Below are positions 47,503 to 57,052 of a stretch of DNA of 64,000 bases, piece after piece; the first letter of the stretch is position 1; every line of letters starts with the position of its first letter. The DNA comes from Methanobacteriota archaeon (GTDB lineage: Archaea; Thermoplasmatota; Thermoplasmata; RBG-16-68-12). The notes under the pieces were generated by a model, which was not told the DNA's origin, searched no databases, and was given only the letters and a program-made list of their open reading frames with translations. The stretch covers positions 506 to 64,505 of the forward strand of contig VBLS01000110.1 of the NCBI GenBank assembly GCA_005878635.1, read 5' to 3'. The position numbers were made by a program, and so were the translations under genes.

Positions 47503-48519
47503 TTACGTCTCTAGGACCGCCAGGGGGTCCGCCGGGGTCAGCATGAACTCCTGCATCTCGGAGTACGCGCGCCAAACGTCCTTGCATTCGCAGGACAGAT
47601 CGTCGAAGTCCCTTCGAAGGCCCAAGGAGAATTCCTCGATCGCATTCACGACCCTGCGGTCGCACGATCCACAATTGTGGGCGCCGCGCACCATCCCGCC
47701 CGCGGTCGGATGGGATTTCACGTGGGCCTTCACGTCCCGGGTTCGCTCGAGGACCTCGACGACGGACCACAGCCAGGGCGGTCGGTATTCGCCGCGACGG
47801 AAGAGACGATCGACGATCGTGCGACTCTGGACGTTCACCGGGTTGAAGGAGATCGTATCGCTGTGCGGGTCCGCCTCATGTCCCGATCGCACCGCGTCCT
47901 CGATGGCTTCGCGTTCCGTGAGGAACGGGGGCTTGACCAGGAGGTACGTCTTGACCGTCGCGCCGGCCGCATGCGCCAGGTCCGTCGCGTGCGCGTGTTC
48001 TTTGAGTCCCCAAACCTTGTTGACGGATTGACGGAGGACACGGTCGTTGGTCGACTCCAGGCCCAGCGCGATCTCGAGCTCCCTCACGTGATTCATCGCC
48101 GCCTCGACCTGCTCCTTCCGCAGCAGGTGTGACAGGGTCTCCACGATGACCTTGTCGCAACGGTCGCCCAATTCATGGAGGATTCTCTCCCGAACCTCCG
48201 GCGAGACTTCGTGGTCGTCGAAGAAATTCCCGGACGTGTAGACCTTGACGAGGGGCTGGGATTCGTGTTTCCGGAGGACCGTGTCGACTTGATGCAGGAT
48301 GTCTGCCGGCGCGACTTCTTGCGCCACGTCGTTCACGTAACCGCACATTGAGCAGCCGCTCGCCCGAGCCCAGTAGCAGCCGCGCGTCCGGAAGATGATC
48401 ACCCAGGCGTCCACGATGTGGCCGTGGAGCAGATCCTTCTCGGTCCAGGTGGAAATGTATTCCCGCGGATCGAAGTCCCGCGGTCGCCGTTCGTCCTTCG
48501 CTAGTTGCGCGAGGCGCAT
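47503..48519 (-). CDS. Radical SAM-like Fe-S enzyme (COG1244/TIGR01210-like, possibly archaeosine-related RaSEA-type)
   Basis: Cys cluster CYWARASGCSMC (CX7CX2C spacing), a TIM-barrel-like core, and C-terminal CGSC/CEC cysteines. Confidence 0.55.
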   Translation of the reverse strand: MRLAQLAKDERRPRDFDPREYISTWTEKDLLHGHIVDAWVIIFRTRGCYWARASGCSMCGYVNDVAQEVAPADILHQVDTVLRKHESQPLVKVYTSGNFFDDHEVSPEVRERILHELGDRCDKVIVETLSHLLRKEQVEAAMNHVRELEIALGLESTNDRVLRQSVNKVWGLKEHAHATDLAHAAGATVKTYLLVKPPFLTEREAIEDAVRSGHEADPHSDTISFNPVNVQSRTIVDRLFRRGEYRPPWLWSVVEVLERTRDVKAHVKSHPTAGGMVRGAHNCGSCDRRVVNAIEEFSLGLRRDFDDLSCECKDVWRAYSEMQEFMLTPADPLAVLET

Positions 48520-48562
48520 GGAGTCGCGTCGAACGGCGCGGGGCGGAAAAACTTTTGCGGCC

Positions 48563-50044
48563 TCAGCGACGATCCCGGACGGCGGCCAGGCCTAGGATGA
48601 CCCCGACGGCGAGGAAAACGCCCGCGAAGAACCGGAGGCCGAAGGCCACGTCGGGTCCGAGGAGCGATCCGCCGGCGGACGAAAGGGAGGATGGAAGGTC
48701 GACGAGGACCTCGTAGAGGACGAAGAGGATCATGCCGAAACCGACGAGACTGATCCCAGTCTCGGGATTTCGGTGCCGGTGCGCAGAAGGCGTGGCGATG
48801 GTCGCGACCGACCGCGGGACCGCGACGCCGGAACCACCGGCGAGCGTCGAACGTTCGGGCCTCGGGAGATCCGCGGGGGCGTACCGCCGACAGTCGTCGC
48901 ACCACCATCGCTCATATTGCGAGATCCATCGGAGGGCGGCCCCGCAGGTCGGGCACACGAACTTCGATCGGGCCTTCGGAGCGTAGGCGCGACAGGAGTA
49001 GCAATACCACCGGTTGTACTGGGGAATGTACGTCAACTCACGACCGCACCGCGGACACGGATGCTCGACGCGAGCCACGGGGATCGTCGGGCCCTCCGCG
49101 ATTGAGGCCGGTTGTGGTCCCGCAGCGGCGGTCGGGGGAATGTACGGTTCGACGACAATCGGCCTTGACGGCTGCGGCTCCTCGACCGGGGGTGCAGTCG
49201 ACCAGATGACCGGAGGCATCTCGCGACGGGGGATGTCCGGGACCATCCTCGGCGCGGCGGTGATGAGTTTGGGCGGAGTTTTCACGGGTTCGGCGATCGG
49301 CTCACTCGGGGTCGGTGTCGCGGTTGTGACCGGCGCGCTTGGAGCCACTGGCGCCTCTTCGACGGCGGGGGCTTCGGCTTGGGCGGGAGCCGGTTGCGGT
49401 TCCTCCTTCACTTCGTGCTCATCGAGGTAGGTCAGGAGCCTCTCGCGGAGCTGTTCCTTCGTGCCCGTCGGATCGAGACCGTAGGCCTTGCAGAGGTCGA
49501 GCAAGACCAGTTTTTTCGCCTCGAGAATTTCCGTGCGGATCAGCGGGGGCGTTTCGACTTCTGCGGCACCCTCCTCGGAAGAGGTCTCCTCGGCGACAGG
49601 TTCCTGGGTTGGCTCGGCGCCCGCGGGCTCGGGCACCGCAGCTGGCGGGACCTGAGGCGTCGGTTCCGGCGAGACGTCCGTGTGCTCCGGTTGGGGTTCT
49701 TCGGGTTTCGACTCTTCGGAGCTTGGCGCCTCGCTCTTCACGGGCTCGACGAGGATCAGAGCGGCCTCCGTTGCCGCGGCTGGCTCGGAGGACGCGGGAG
49801 GAGCCGTGTCGACTTTGACGTCCATGAAGACGCCTTCCGGCGGATAGGCGTTGCACCGGAAGCAATAATATCGATCGAATTGCGTGACGAACGACAGGAT
49901 GCCCGTGCACATGGGGCAACGCTTCCCCCCTCGGTCTCCGAATCCCTCGGGAGCGTATCGGCCGCATGCGTAACAATAATTCCGATTGTACTGCTCGAGA
50001 AAAGCGAGCTCGCTACCGCAGTTTGGACAGGGGAGACCGGTCAC
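48563..50044 (-). CDS. Membrane-anchored protein with four zinc-ribbon repeats, a Pro/Glu-rich linker and a SAP-like motif
   Basis: Four copies of CPxCGxxLxaxxQYxRaaCaxCxxYaP, in two pairs flanking a PE-rich low-complexity region. LEAKKLVLLDLCKAYGLDPTGTKEQLRERLLTYL resembles a SAP DNA-binding motif. There is a C-terminal TM helix. Confidence 0.65.
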   Translation of the reverse strand: MTGLPCPNCGSELAFLEQYNRNYCYACGRYAPEGFGDRGGKRCPMCTGILSFVTQFDRYYCFRCNAYPPEGVFMDVKVDTAPPASSEPAAATEAALILVEPVKSEAPSSEESKPEEPQPEHTDVSPEPTPQVPPAAVPEPAGAEPTQEPVAEETSSEEGAAEVETPPLIRTEILEAKKLVLLDLCKAYGLDPTGTKEQLRERLLTYLDEHEVKEEPQPAPAQAEAPAVEEAPVAPSAPVTTATPTPSEPIAEPVKTPPKLITAAPRMVPDIPRREMPPVIWSTAPPVEEPQPSRPIVVEPYIPPTAAAGPQPASIAEGPTIPVARVEHPCPRCGRELTYIPQYNRWYCYSCRAYAPKARSKFVCPTCGAALRWISQYERWWCDDCRRYAPADLPRPERSTLAGGSGVAVPRSVATIATPSAHRHRNPETGISLVGFGMILFVLYEVLVDLPSSLSSAGGSLLGPDVAFGLRFFAGVFLAVGVILGLAAVRDRR

Positions 50045-50174
50045 GCAATCCCGCGGAGCCCGGCTGTCTCGAATAAAGCCTTTTCCTCGATTCCCAAGAA
50101 TGAGATTCTTTCGTCGGAATCCGATTCCAAGACCGCGAAAACGCTTTTAGCGGCACTCCCCATCGGCACATCGC

Positions 50175-50247
50175 GCCACCATAGCTCAGTCGGTAGAGCA
50201 GCCGCCTTGTAAGCGGCAGGTCGGGAGTTCAATTCTCCCTGGTGGCT
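50175..50247 (+). tRNA. tRNA-Thr (anticodon UGU)
   Basis: Cloverleaf folded by hand. Acceptor GCCACCA/TGGTGGC, D-stem GCTC/GAGC, anticodon stem GCCGC/GCGGC with loop CUUGUAA, T-arm GGGAG-TTCAATT-CTCCC, discriminator U. Confidence 0.85.
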
Positions 50248-50278
50248 TTCTCATTCGACGAATGCGACGGGGATCCGA

Positions 50279-51655
50279 TCACAGCGTTACATACACCGTG
50301 ATCGTGACGGTATGTGTCAGCGAACCCGAGGTTGCCGTGATCGTGACCTCGTAGGTTCCGAGAGTCGTCAACACGCTTGCTGAGACGGTCAACGTCGACG
50401 TCGCGGTCCCACCTGAGACGACGCCGACGACGTCGGGATCGACACTCGCCGTTGGATAAACGAGGCAGATGAGGGACGCACAAGCGACGGACGCACTCAG
50501 GCTCACGTTCCCGGAGAAGCCTCCGATGCTCGTCAGCGTGATCGTGGATGTCCCAGAAGATCCGATGTGGATCGTCAGGCTGTTCGGTGATGCGCTGATG
50601 TCGAAGTCTGGGGGAGGCGGGGGCGGATTCGGAGTTGCCGAGACTTCGTTCGATCGAGGACTTTCTCCCGCGGCGTTGGTTGCGGTGACTTGGTAGAAGT
50701 ACGATTGACCATTCGTCACGCTAGTGTCGGAGTAGGTTAGGACGGTCCCGACGGTCGCGAGGAAGGTCGCTCCCCCGGACGTCGTCCCTCGGTAAATCTG
50801 GTAGTTGGTTATCGGAGACCCGCCATCGGAGGCCGGCGCCTGCCACGACAGGCCCACGTTCCCGTCCCCCGCGACGGCCTCCAGGTTCTGAGGGGCCGAC
50901 GGGGGCGTCACGGATGACGACAACCTCCAGGCCGTGAAGGGGTGCAATTCCCAGTGCCAGGGGCCTTCCCAGAAGACGAAGCCTTGGACATCGAGCGAGA
51001 TGCTTCCGTTGGATTGTTGCTGGGCCAGCGTCGCGTTATCGCAAAAGGGAACCCCGACGCCGCAGTATCCCTTGCCCAACCAGTCTCGATCGATCTCGAT
51101 TCTCAGGTAACCGCTGGGCGTCCCGATCGTGATGACCTGTCCCCCGTTCGTGCAGACGGTCTGGTTGCCCGGATACCGGCCACCGCCGTTCTGCCTCGAG
51201 TACCATTGCGAGCAGTCGGTGGTCTTGACGGCGTAACCGTACAGAGAGACCCCATTGATTTGGACGAAGGAAGAGGTCGCCTGGCCGGAGATGTTCGTGA
51301 TCGTGCACGGCGGGGAGAGGGCGCGTTCCTGCGGGATGCCTCCGGCGGTCGAGTTCGTTTGGTAACGACTGCCGTTGACCGTTTGGGACGGATAGGCGGG
51401 CCCCAGGACATCTCGGATCGTCACGAGGTCCGCGGTGCAAGCGACGTTCGGATTCCAGGACGTGAGACCCGAATCCTCGACCAAGTGTCCGGCTGAAGGT
51501 GACCCGAACGAGTTCCAGAACGCATTAGCAAGTGGCGTGGCCGCGAAGGCTGCGACCGTGAGGCTCATGACCAACAGGAGGACACGGAAGGCCCAGCGTG
51601 GCACGCAAGGTCGTGCTCGCTGGCGCTGCTCGGCCCGATACGGGTCGCCTCGCAT
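50279..51655 (-). CDS. Secreted or cell-surface protein with fibronectin type III domain and Thr/Ser-rich C-terminal Ig-like region
   Basis: Signal-peptide-like N-terminus, a Cys-containing N-terminal domain, an FN3 domain (NYQIYRGTTSGG ... YFYQVTATNAAGES), a PPPPPP linker and a T/S-rich beta-domain. Confidence 0.65.
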   Translation of the reverse strand: MRGDPYRAEQRQRARPCVPRWAFRVLLLVMSLTVAAFAATPLANAFWNSFGSPSAGHLVEDSGLTSWNPNVACTADLVTIRDVLGPAYPSQTVNGSRYQTNSTAGGIPQERALSPPCTITNISGQATSSFVQINGVSLYGYAVKTTDCSQWYSRQNGGGRYPGNQTVCTNGGQVITIGTPSGYLRIEIDRDWLGKGYCGVGVPFCDNATLAQQQSNGSISLDVQGFVFWEGPWHWELHPFTAWRLSSSVTPPSAPQNLEAVAGDGNVGLSWQAPASDGGSPITNYQIYRGTTSGGATFLATVGTVLTYSDTSVTNGQSYFYQVTATNAAGESPRSNEVSATPNPPPPPPDFDISASPNSLTIHIGSSGTSTITLTSIGGFSGNVSLSASVACASLICLVYPTASVDPDVVGVVSGGTATSTLTVSASVLTTLGTYEVTITATSGSLTHTVTITVYVTL

Positions 51656-51896
51656 GAACGAGGTCTATGCCTTCCAGGGTATCATCCGGCCGTTTCTTGT
51701 TGTCGAACAATGAACACGTTTGACTCCGAGTGCACTCACGACCGCGGGTGGTCTCCGCGCGAATCCGTGCACCAACGCCGATTTGCGATGACCCATTCCT
51801 CCGAGGGGCCTGGATTCCGGCGGCACGGGAACGATTGTGCGGCGAGGCTGTCGCACACGACCAATTCACTTGGAGGCGGGTTCGGTCCTGACCCGT

Positions 51897-52409
51897 TCAG
51901 ATGCCTCGTGATGAACCTTTCGGGTCCGTCGGGGAAGCCTCGAGGAGAATTCCCGCGAGGTTCTGATCCCGCGGAACCCATCGAAATTCGATGTCGAGAT
52001 CGGAACTCAACTCTCTCGCCCTTGCATGCAAAGGCACCAAGTGCGGTGTCTTGACCCGATACTCGCCCTGCATTTGGCGGATCACGAGCTGGGAATCGCC
52101 GCAGATGACGTAGCCTTTCGGGCGCGTTCTTCTTCCTATCTGGTGGACGTGCTCGAGGAGAAGGATGAGCGCGATGTACTCGGCAATGTTGTTGCTTCGC
52201 AGGGGACCCGATGGCGTTTGCAAGTCGGGGACCTCGCGGACGATCTCGTGGTCACCGACGGCGAACGCCGCTTTCATCCGGCCTTTCGTCCCGAACTGGT
52301 TCCGAGGGCAGGCGCCATCAAAATAGCAACGAATCCGGTCCCCGTTTGTTCGGTCCACGATCCACGCAGCACGCCTCAGGGACTTGAGCTTCGCTGTCGA
52401 CTCGCCCAC
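51897..52409 (-). CDS. rnhA: Ribonuclease HI (type 1 RNase H)
   Basis: Catalytic DEDD context YFDGA, SNNIAEYIALI, ICGDSQLVI and the terminal D. Confidence 0.8.
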   Translation of the reverse strand: MGESTAKLKSLRRAAWIVDRTNGDRIRCYFDGACPRNQFGTKGRMKAAFAVGDHEIVREVPDLQTPSGPLRSNNIAEYIALILLLEHVHQIGRRTRPKGYVICGDSQLVIRQMQGEYRVKTPHLVPLHARARELSSDLDIEFRWVPRDQNLAGILLEASPTDPKGSSRGI

Positions 52410-52496
52410 AAGGGGATCTCAGCTTTTGGTGTCCGCCGAGGTGCGGAGGGACCCACGACCCTCGGGTATCTTGAACCCGATTTTGGTGAAAAGGTC

Positions 52497-52521
52497 GAGG
52501 CGGCCCGCTTGAGGCCGCCTC
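52497..52521. other. Perfect 9-bp inverted repeat hairpin (GAGGCGGCC-N7-GGCCGCCTC) in a divergent intergenic region
   Basis: Read directly from the sequence. It is followed by CTTGAAAAGG. Confidence 0.4.
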
Positions 52522-52683
52522 TTGAAAAGGTGGGTCCTAGCCGCAGCACGCGCAGCAGGCGCCCGGGCCGCAACATCCGGCGCCGCAACACCCCCGGGCC
52601 TTGGGCTCGGGAGACGCGCGTTCCTGCGAAACGTCCGATGCATGGGACGGTTCCATGTTATCTACTTCTTCTAGGTAGTAGAC

Positions 52684-52700
52684 AAGTTCATATATTCTCC
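52684..52700 (+). promoter_or_regulatory. TATA box (TTCATATATTC) about 26 nt upstream of the TrmB-like regulator ATG, implying a leaderless transcript
   Basis: The TATA box is at 52687-52697 and the ATG at 52718. Confidence 0.35.
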
Positions 52701-52717
52701 CTCCCTCAGGCTCGTAG

Positions 52718-53503
52718 ATGGCGGAAGGGAAGGCCCGCGCGAACGCGCTGCTGCACGAAGCCTTGGAACCCTCCTTAGATCGGATCGCGGGTACCCTGCG
52801 AGAGCTCGGCGTCGGCGGCCCCGCCGCGGACGCGTTCTGCGCCCTCGTCCGGACGGCGGACGCGACCGCTTCGGAACTCGTGCGGAAAACGGGAATCCCC
52901 GATTCGAAAATCTACTATGCCCTCGATGAACTCGCTGAGAAAGGCTTGGTGGAGGTACAGGCGGGCAAGCCGAAAACGTTCCGTGTCGTCCCGCCGAAGG
53001 AAGTCGAGATGCGCCTGTCCCGGATGGTGCAAGCGGAGTACGATCGTCGTCGGGCCGCGACCGTTCGCGTCACCTCCCTGCTGGAACCGCTGCGTGCCGC
53101 GACCAAGGCGCCATCCATGGACGTCGCTTTCATCGTGAAAGGTTTGCCGAACATCGTTGCTCGGGCGCGGGCGCTCATCGGGTCGGCCCGGAAAGACGTC
53201 GTGTTCCTCGCTTCGGATGAAGCCGTCTTCCGGAAACTCGAGGAAGACCTTGTGCGAACCTCGCGCCGGCGGGTCCGAATCAGGTTGGCGGTCCCGGAAA
53301 TAGCGGTCGCGAAGGAGCTCGAGAAGGCCGCCGAAGTCCGTTCGATCATCTGCGATTGCATGCTCCTCGTCGCCGACGGTCAGCAGGTCTTGACGATGTC
53401 GCGGACCCGAGACGGGGACGCCTACGCGATCACGTCGACGGATCCGACGCTGGTGCAGCTCGGCCTCGACTTTTGGGAAAGTCCGCGGTGCTGCGTCCTC
53501 TGA
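52718..53503 (+). CDS. TrmB-family transcriptional regulator
   Basis: wHTH segment ASELVRKTGIPDSKIYYALDELAEKGLVEV and a C-terminal TrmB domain. Confidence 0.7.
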   Translation: MAEGKARANALLHEALEPSLDRIAGTLRELGVGGPAADAFCALVRTADATASELVRKTGIPDSKIYYALDELAEKGLVEVQAGKPKTFRVVPPKEVEMRLSRMVQAEYDRRRAATVRVTSLLEPLRAATKAPSMDVAFIVKGLPNIVARARALIGSARKDVVFLASDEAVFRKLEEDLVRTSRRRVRIRLAVPEIAVAKELEKAAEVRSIICDCMLLVADGQQVLTMSRTRDGDAYAITSTDPTLVQLGLDFWESPRCCVL

Positions 53504-53648
53504 CCGGCAACCGCGATCCGACGGTTCTCCTCCCGGCGAACCGGCGCCACGCCAGCGCCTAGAACCGCACTTGCGACGAAAAAGGGTCACGGTTAAATAC
53601 AATGTTATACAGTATTCATTCCGGCCCGATTTGGGCCAGGCCACGAGG

Positions 53649-54035
53649 ATGCTTCAGCCTCAAGAACTAGTGGTCGCCAAGCTGCTGCCGACGATCCGCG
53701 CGAGGCTCGCGCGGGAGCTCCTCCGGACGCACAAGATGAAGCAGATTGACGTCGCGCACTCGATGGGGATCACACAAGCCGCCGTGAGCCACTACAACAC
53801 CCAGAGTCGAGGCGTCGACCAGGAAATGGTCCGCCTCTTCCCGGAGATCAAGCCGTTCGTCCACGGCCTCGCGGAGAGCATCGCGGGAGGCATGACCCTC
53901 TCCCAGCAGATCGCGAGCGTCAACCAGTTTTGTTCCAATCTCATGCTGACGGCCCGCTTTTGCGAGTACCACAAGGGCATGGGGGACATTGATCCCCACT
54001 GCACCGCCTGTTTTCCCTCGCCCCCGAGGCCCTAG
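53649..54035 (+). CDS. Small HTH transcriptional regulator with C-terminal Cys/His cluster
   Basis: HTH segment KQIDVAHSMGITQAAVSHY. The C-terminus reads CEYHKG...HCTAC. The longer tracked ORF from 53571 was trimmed to the first ATG preceding the HTH domain. Confidence 0.5.
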   Translation: MLQPQELVVAKLLPTIRARLARELLRTHKMKQIDVAHSMGITQAAVSHYNTQSRGVDQEMVRLFPEIKPFVHGLAESIAGGMTLSQQIASVNQFCSNLMLTARFCEYHKGMGDIDPHCTACFPSPPRP

Positions 54036-55027
54036 CCGCTCGGAACTCCTTTCGCCGGCCGGGTATCCTCGAGGGACCCGATTTCTGCCTCGACCATGAT
54101 CCGCACGAGATCCTTGAAGCGAGTCTTCGGCTCCCACCCGAGGACGCGCTTCGCCTTGCTCGCATCCCCGCGCAGGTTGTACACCTCGGACGGACGAATG
54201 TTCTTCTCGTCGATCGTCACGTGCTTCTCCCAATTGGAGATTCCGACGAGTCGAAAGGCTTCCGCGACGAACTCTCGGACCGAATGCGCCTCCCCGGTCG
54301 CGCCGACAAAGTCGTCCGGTTCCTTGTGCTGGAGGATCCGCCACATCAGGTCCACGAATTCCGGGGCGTAGCCCCAGTCCCGCTTGGCGTCCAAGTTCCC
54401 AAGGGAAATCGTCTTGGCCAGCCCCGCGTGGATCCGAGCGACCCCCTGACTGACCTTGCGTGTGAGGAACTCCAGGCCCCTCCGGGCGCTCTCGTGATTG
54501 AACAGGATGCCGTTCGAGATGGACAGGCCGTGCGCCTCCCGGTAGTTCACGCAGGCCCAGTAGGCGTACACCTTCGCCACCCCATAGGGACTTCGCGGGT
54601 GGAACGGAGTCGTCTCGTCCTGCGGCTCCCGGTCGACCCGCCCGAACATCTCGCTGGAGGACGCCTGGTAGAAGCGAGCTTCGGGGGCGTAGGCCCGGAG
54701 CGCCTCCAGGAGCCGCACGACCCCGAGGCCCGTGATCTCTCCGGTCAGGACGGGCTGCACGAAGGACGTGGCGACGAAGGACTGAGCCGCGAGACTATAG
54801 ATCTCATCCGGGTGCGACTCCCGGACCGCCGCATTCAACGAGGATTGGTCGATGAGGTCCCCGTCGAGGAGGGTCACGTCCTCCAGGATGTGCTGGATAT
54901 TTCCAATGTTCGGGACGCTCAAGCGGCGGACGAGCCCGTAGACCTCGTAGCCTTTCTTGAGCAGGAGTTCCATCAGGTAGGAACCGTCTTGCCCCGTCGC
55001 GCCCGTGACGAGCGCGGACCTGGCCAT
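54032..55027 (-). CDS. gmd: GDP-mannose 4,6-dehydratase
   Basis: Rossmann fold (LVTGATGQDGSYL), the SDR catalytic Y-x3-K, and GMD-specific segments. Confidence 0.9.
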   Translation of the reverse strand: MARSALVTGATGQDGSYLMELLLKKGYEVYGLVRRLSVPNIGNIQHILEDVTLLDGDLIDQSSLNAAVRESHPDEIYSLAAQSFVATSFVQPVLTGEITGLGVVRLLEALRAYAPEARFYQASSSEMFGRVDREPQDETTPFHPRSPYGVAKVYAYWACVNYREAHGLSISNGILFNHESARRGLEFLTRKVSQGVARIHAGLAKTISLGNLDAKRDWGYAPEFVDLMWRILQHKEPDDFVGATGEAHSVREFVAEAFRLVGISNWEKHVTIDEKNIRPSEVYNLRGDASKAKRVLGWEPKTRFKDLVRIMVEAEIGSLEDTRPAKGVPSG

Positions 55028-55102
55028 CGCACGCGAAAGTTCGCGTCCGCGCTTTAACGCTATCGCTGTGGGTGATTGGTCGCCGACTGACCCGGCGGTA
55101 GC

Positions 55103-56128
55103 TCAGTGGATCGGTACGTCCCGGATCCGGATGCCGAACCTGCGGAACCAACCCTCCACGTCCGACGCAGTTGCTTTCCGATACACCTCGCGAACTCGTC
55201 GCTTCTGCACCGCGCGTGGAACCCCCTGATAGGCGTCATAACGGCCTTGGAGGTGCGCGCGAACGACGTCGCGGAAGGTGAGCGACTGGCCGAAAGTAAT
55301 CGGGTATCGGTTCGGCCGTATCCGCCGTCGGAGGGCTACGATGTTCCTCGCGGCATTCCACGGAGGCGCGAGCGCCACGTACCGCCAGGGGTAATTTTGC
55401 ACGAGGTTCCAAATCCGGTTTCGTTCGCTAATGTAGGTTTTCCAAGGAGAGTTCGGGGCCGTCGAAGCGGAGTGCTTGTGGTAGACGATCGCATTGGGCG
55501 CGAACGCCGCCCGATATCCGGCGATCCGAATGCGCCACGCCAGGTCCACATCCTCCAGGTAGGCCACGAAGTCGGCGTCCAGCAGGCCGACCGTTTCCAG
55601 GCTTGATCGGCGGTACAACGCGGCGCCTCCAGATCCTCCGAAGACCTCCGGGTCGTGATCGAACTGCCCCTCGTCCTTCTGGAGCCACCCGCGATCGACT
55701 CCCGCACCGTCCCGGGTGATCCAGATGCCCGCTCCATTCAGGACGTCCGGATGGTCCATCAGCAAGAGCTTCGCGGCCACCGCTCCGACCCCGGGAGCGT
55801 CCGCGGCGCGGACGAGGTTCGCGAGCCATTCCGGGTCGACGCGGGTGTCGTTGTTCAACGGGACGATGAACTCGCATCGAGGGTCCGCGAGGGCTTCTTG
55901 CATCCCGACATTGGTGCCTCGCGCGTAGTGCAGATTCTCCGGCAGCGCGATCAACCGGGCCTCCGGGAATTCGTCGCGCACGATTGCCGGCGAACCGTCC
56001 GTGCTCCCGTTGTCGACACAGGCCACGACGAAATCCGGGTATGTTTGGGCGAAGGCCGATGCGAGGCAGTCCCGGATGTATTCCTTTCCGTTCCAGTTGA
56101 GGACCACGATCCAAGCGCGACCGCTCAA
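55103..56128 (-). CDS. Family 2 glycosyltransferase
   Basis: GT-A fold with VVLNWNG, the DXD-like motif VDNGSTDGS, and GTNVGMQ. Confidence 0.8.
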   Translation of the reverse strand: MSGRAWIVVLNWNGKEYIRDCLASAFAQTYPDFVVACVDNGSTDGSPAIVRDEFPEARLIALPENLHYARGTNVGMQEALADPRCEFIVPLNNDTRVDPEWLANLVRAADAPGVGAVAAKLLLMDHPDVLNGAGIWITRDGAGVDRGWLQKDEGQFDHDPEVFGGSGGAALYRRSSLETVGLLDADFVAYLEDVDLAWRIRIAGYRAAFAPNAIVYHKHSASTAPNSPWKTYISERNRIWNLVQNYPWRYVALAPPWNAARNIVALRRRIRPNRYPITFGQSLTFRDVVRAHLQGRYDAYQGVPRAVQKRRVREVYRKATASDVEGWFRRFGIRIRDVPIH

Positions 56129-56152
56129 TGGCCTGCGGAACCGAGCCGCGGA

Positions 56153-57019
56153 TTAAACCGTTACGGGCTCGCGCAGCATCTGGAGACTGCGGCGGAGGGA
56201 GTCCATTCGCGCGTCCACGAGCCACCGCAGGGCGAGCCGCCGGCGGTGGGACCGGAGCCATTCGGCCGTCGCCGTGAGGGGGAAAAGGGCGAGGACGTCC
56301 GCGACCAGGTACAGGCGTTTACACCGATAGTTTCGGACGCACACGAGGGTCCGGTTCCGAGCCGTGTAGAACATGTACACTCGGGTCGAGGCCCTTTGCC
56401 GGCGGACAGCTTCGTGATGGGCGACGCTTTCCTTCGAATAGCCAATCCGAAATCCCGCCGCGCGCAATCGATACCCGAGGTCCAGGTCCTCCCCGTACAT
56501 GAACAGGGCCGGATCGAACCCGCCAACCCGTTTGAGCGGATCGAGCCGGACGGCCATCGCGCACCCCGACACGGCGTCGATCCGTCGGTCCCCTTCGTGG
56601 ACGACGCAGATTCCTCCATACAAGACTTCAAGGGCTCCGGCATAGAGGGCGGGTCCGCCGCCGTTGACGACCCGGCTTCCCACGGCCGCCAGGGAGGGGT
56701 CGCGCTCGAGCGAGGCGAGCAGTTCCGAGAGCCAGCGGCGTTCGACGGTCGTGTCTTGATTGAGCAAGACGAGCACCGGGGAGGAGGCACGGCCGGCCGC
56801 CTGGTTCACGGCTGCCGGGAAGCCCATGTTTCGCTCGTTTCGCATGAGGCGGAAGTTCGGGAATTGGCTGCGGAAACCTTCCGCGACCGCGACGGTTCCA
56901 TCCTCCGATCCGTTGTCGACAATCATGAGCTCGTACTCGGACGCCGGGATATCCATCCGAGAAAGGGATTCGAGGCAAGGCCGAAGGAACCTTTCCCCGT
57001 TGTAGCCGACGATGACCAC
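56153..57019 (-). CDS. Family 2 glycosyltransferase
   Basis: GT-A fold with IVGYNGE and VDNGSEDGT, and an FPAAVNQ segment. Confidence 0.8.
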   Translation of the reverse strand: MVIVGYNGERFLRPCLESLSRMDIPASEYELMIVDNGSEDGTVAVAEGFRSQFPNFRLMRNERNMGFPAAVNQAAGRASSPVLVLLNQDTTVERRWLSELLASLERDPSLAAVGSRVVNGGGPALYAGALEVLYGGICVVHEGDRRIDAVSGCAMAVRLDPLKRVGGFDPALFMYGEDLDLGYRLRAAGFRIGYSKESVAHHEAVRRQRASTRVYMFYTARNRTLVCVRNYRCKRLYLVADVLALFPLTATAEWLRSHRRRLALRWLVDARMDSLRRSLQMLREPVTV

Positions 57020-57052
57020 GCTCGCTCGGAGATGGTGAGAGATGGTTGCACC

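Noticed and set aside
49379-50212. 277-aa plus-strand ORF overlapping the zinc-ribbon repeat gene and running into tRNA-Thr.
   Set aside because: It is antisense to a gene that has a clear repeat architecture. It overlaps a confidently folded tRNA.
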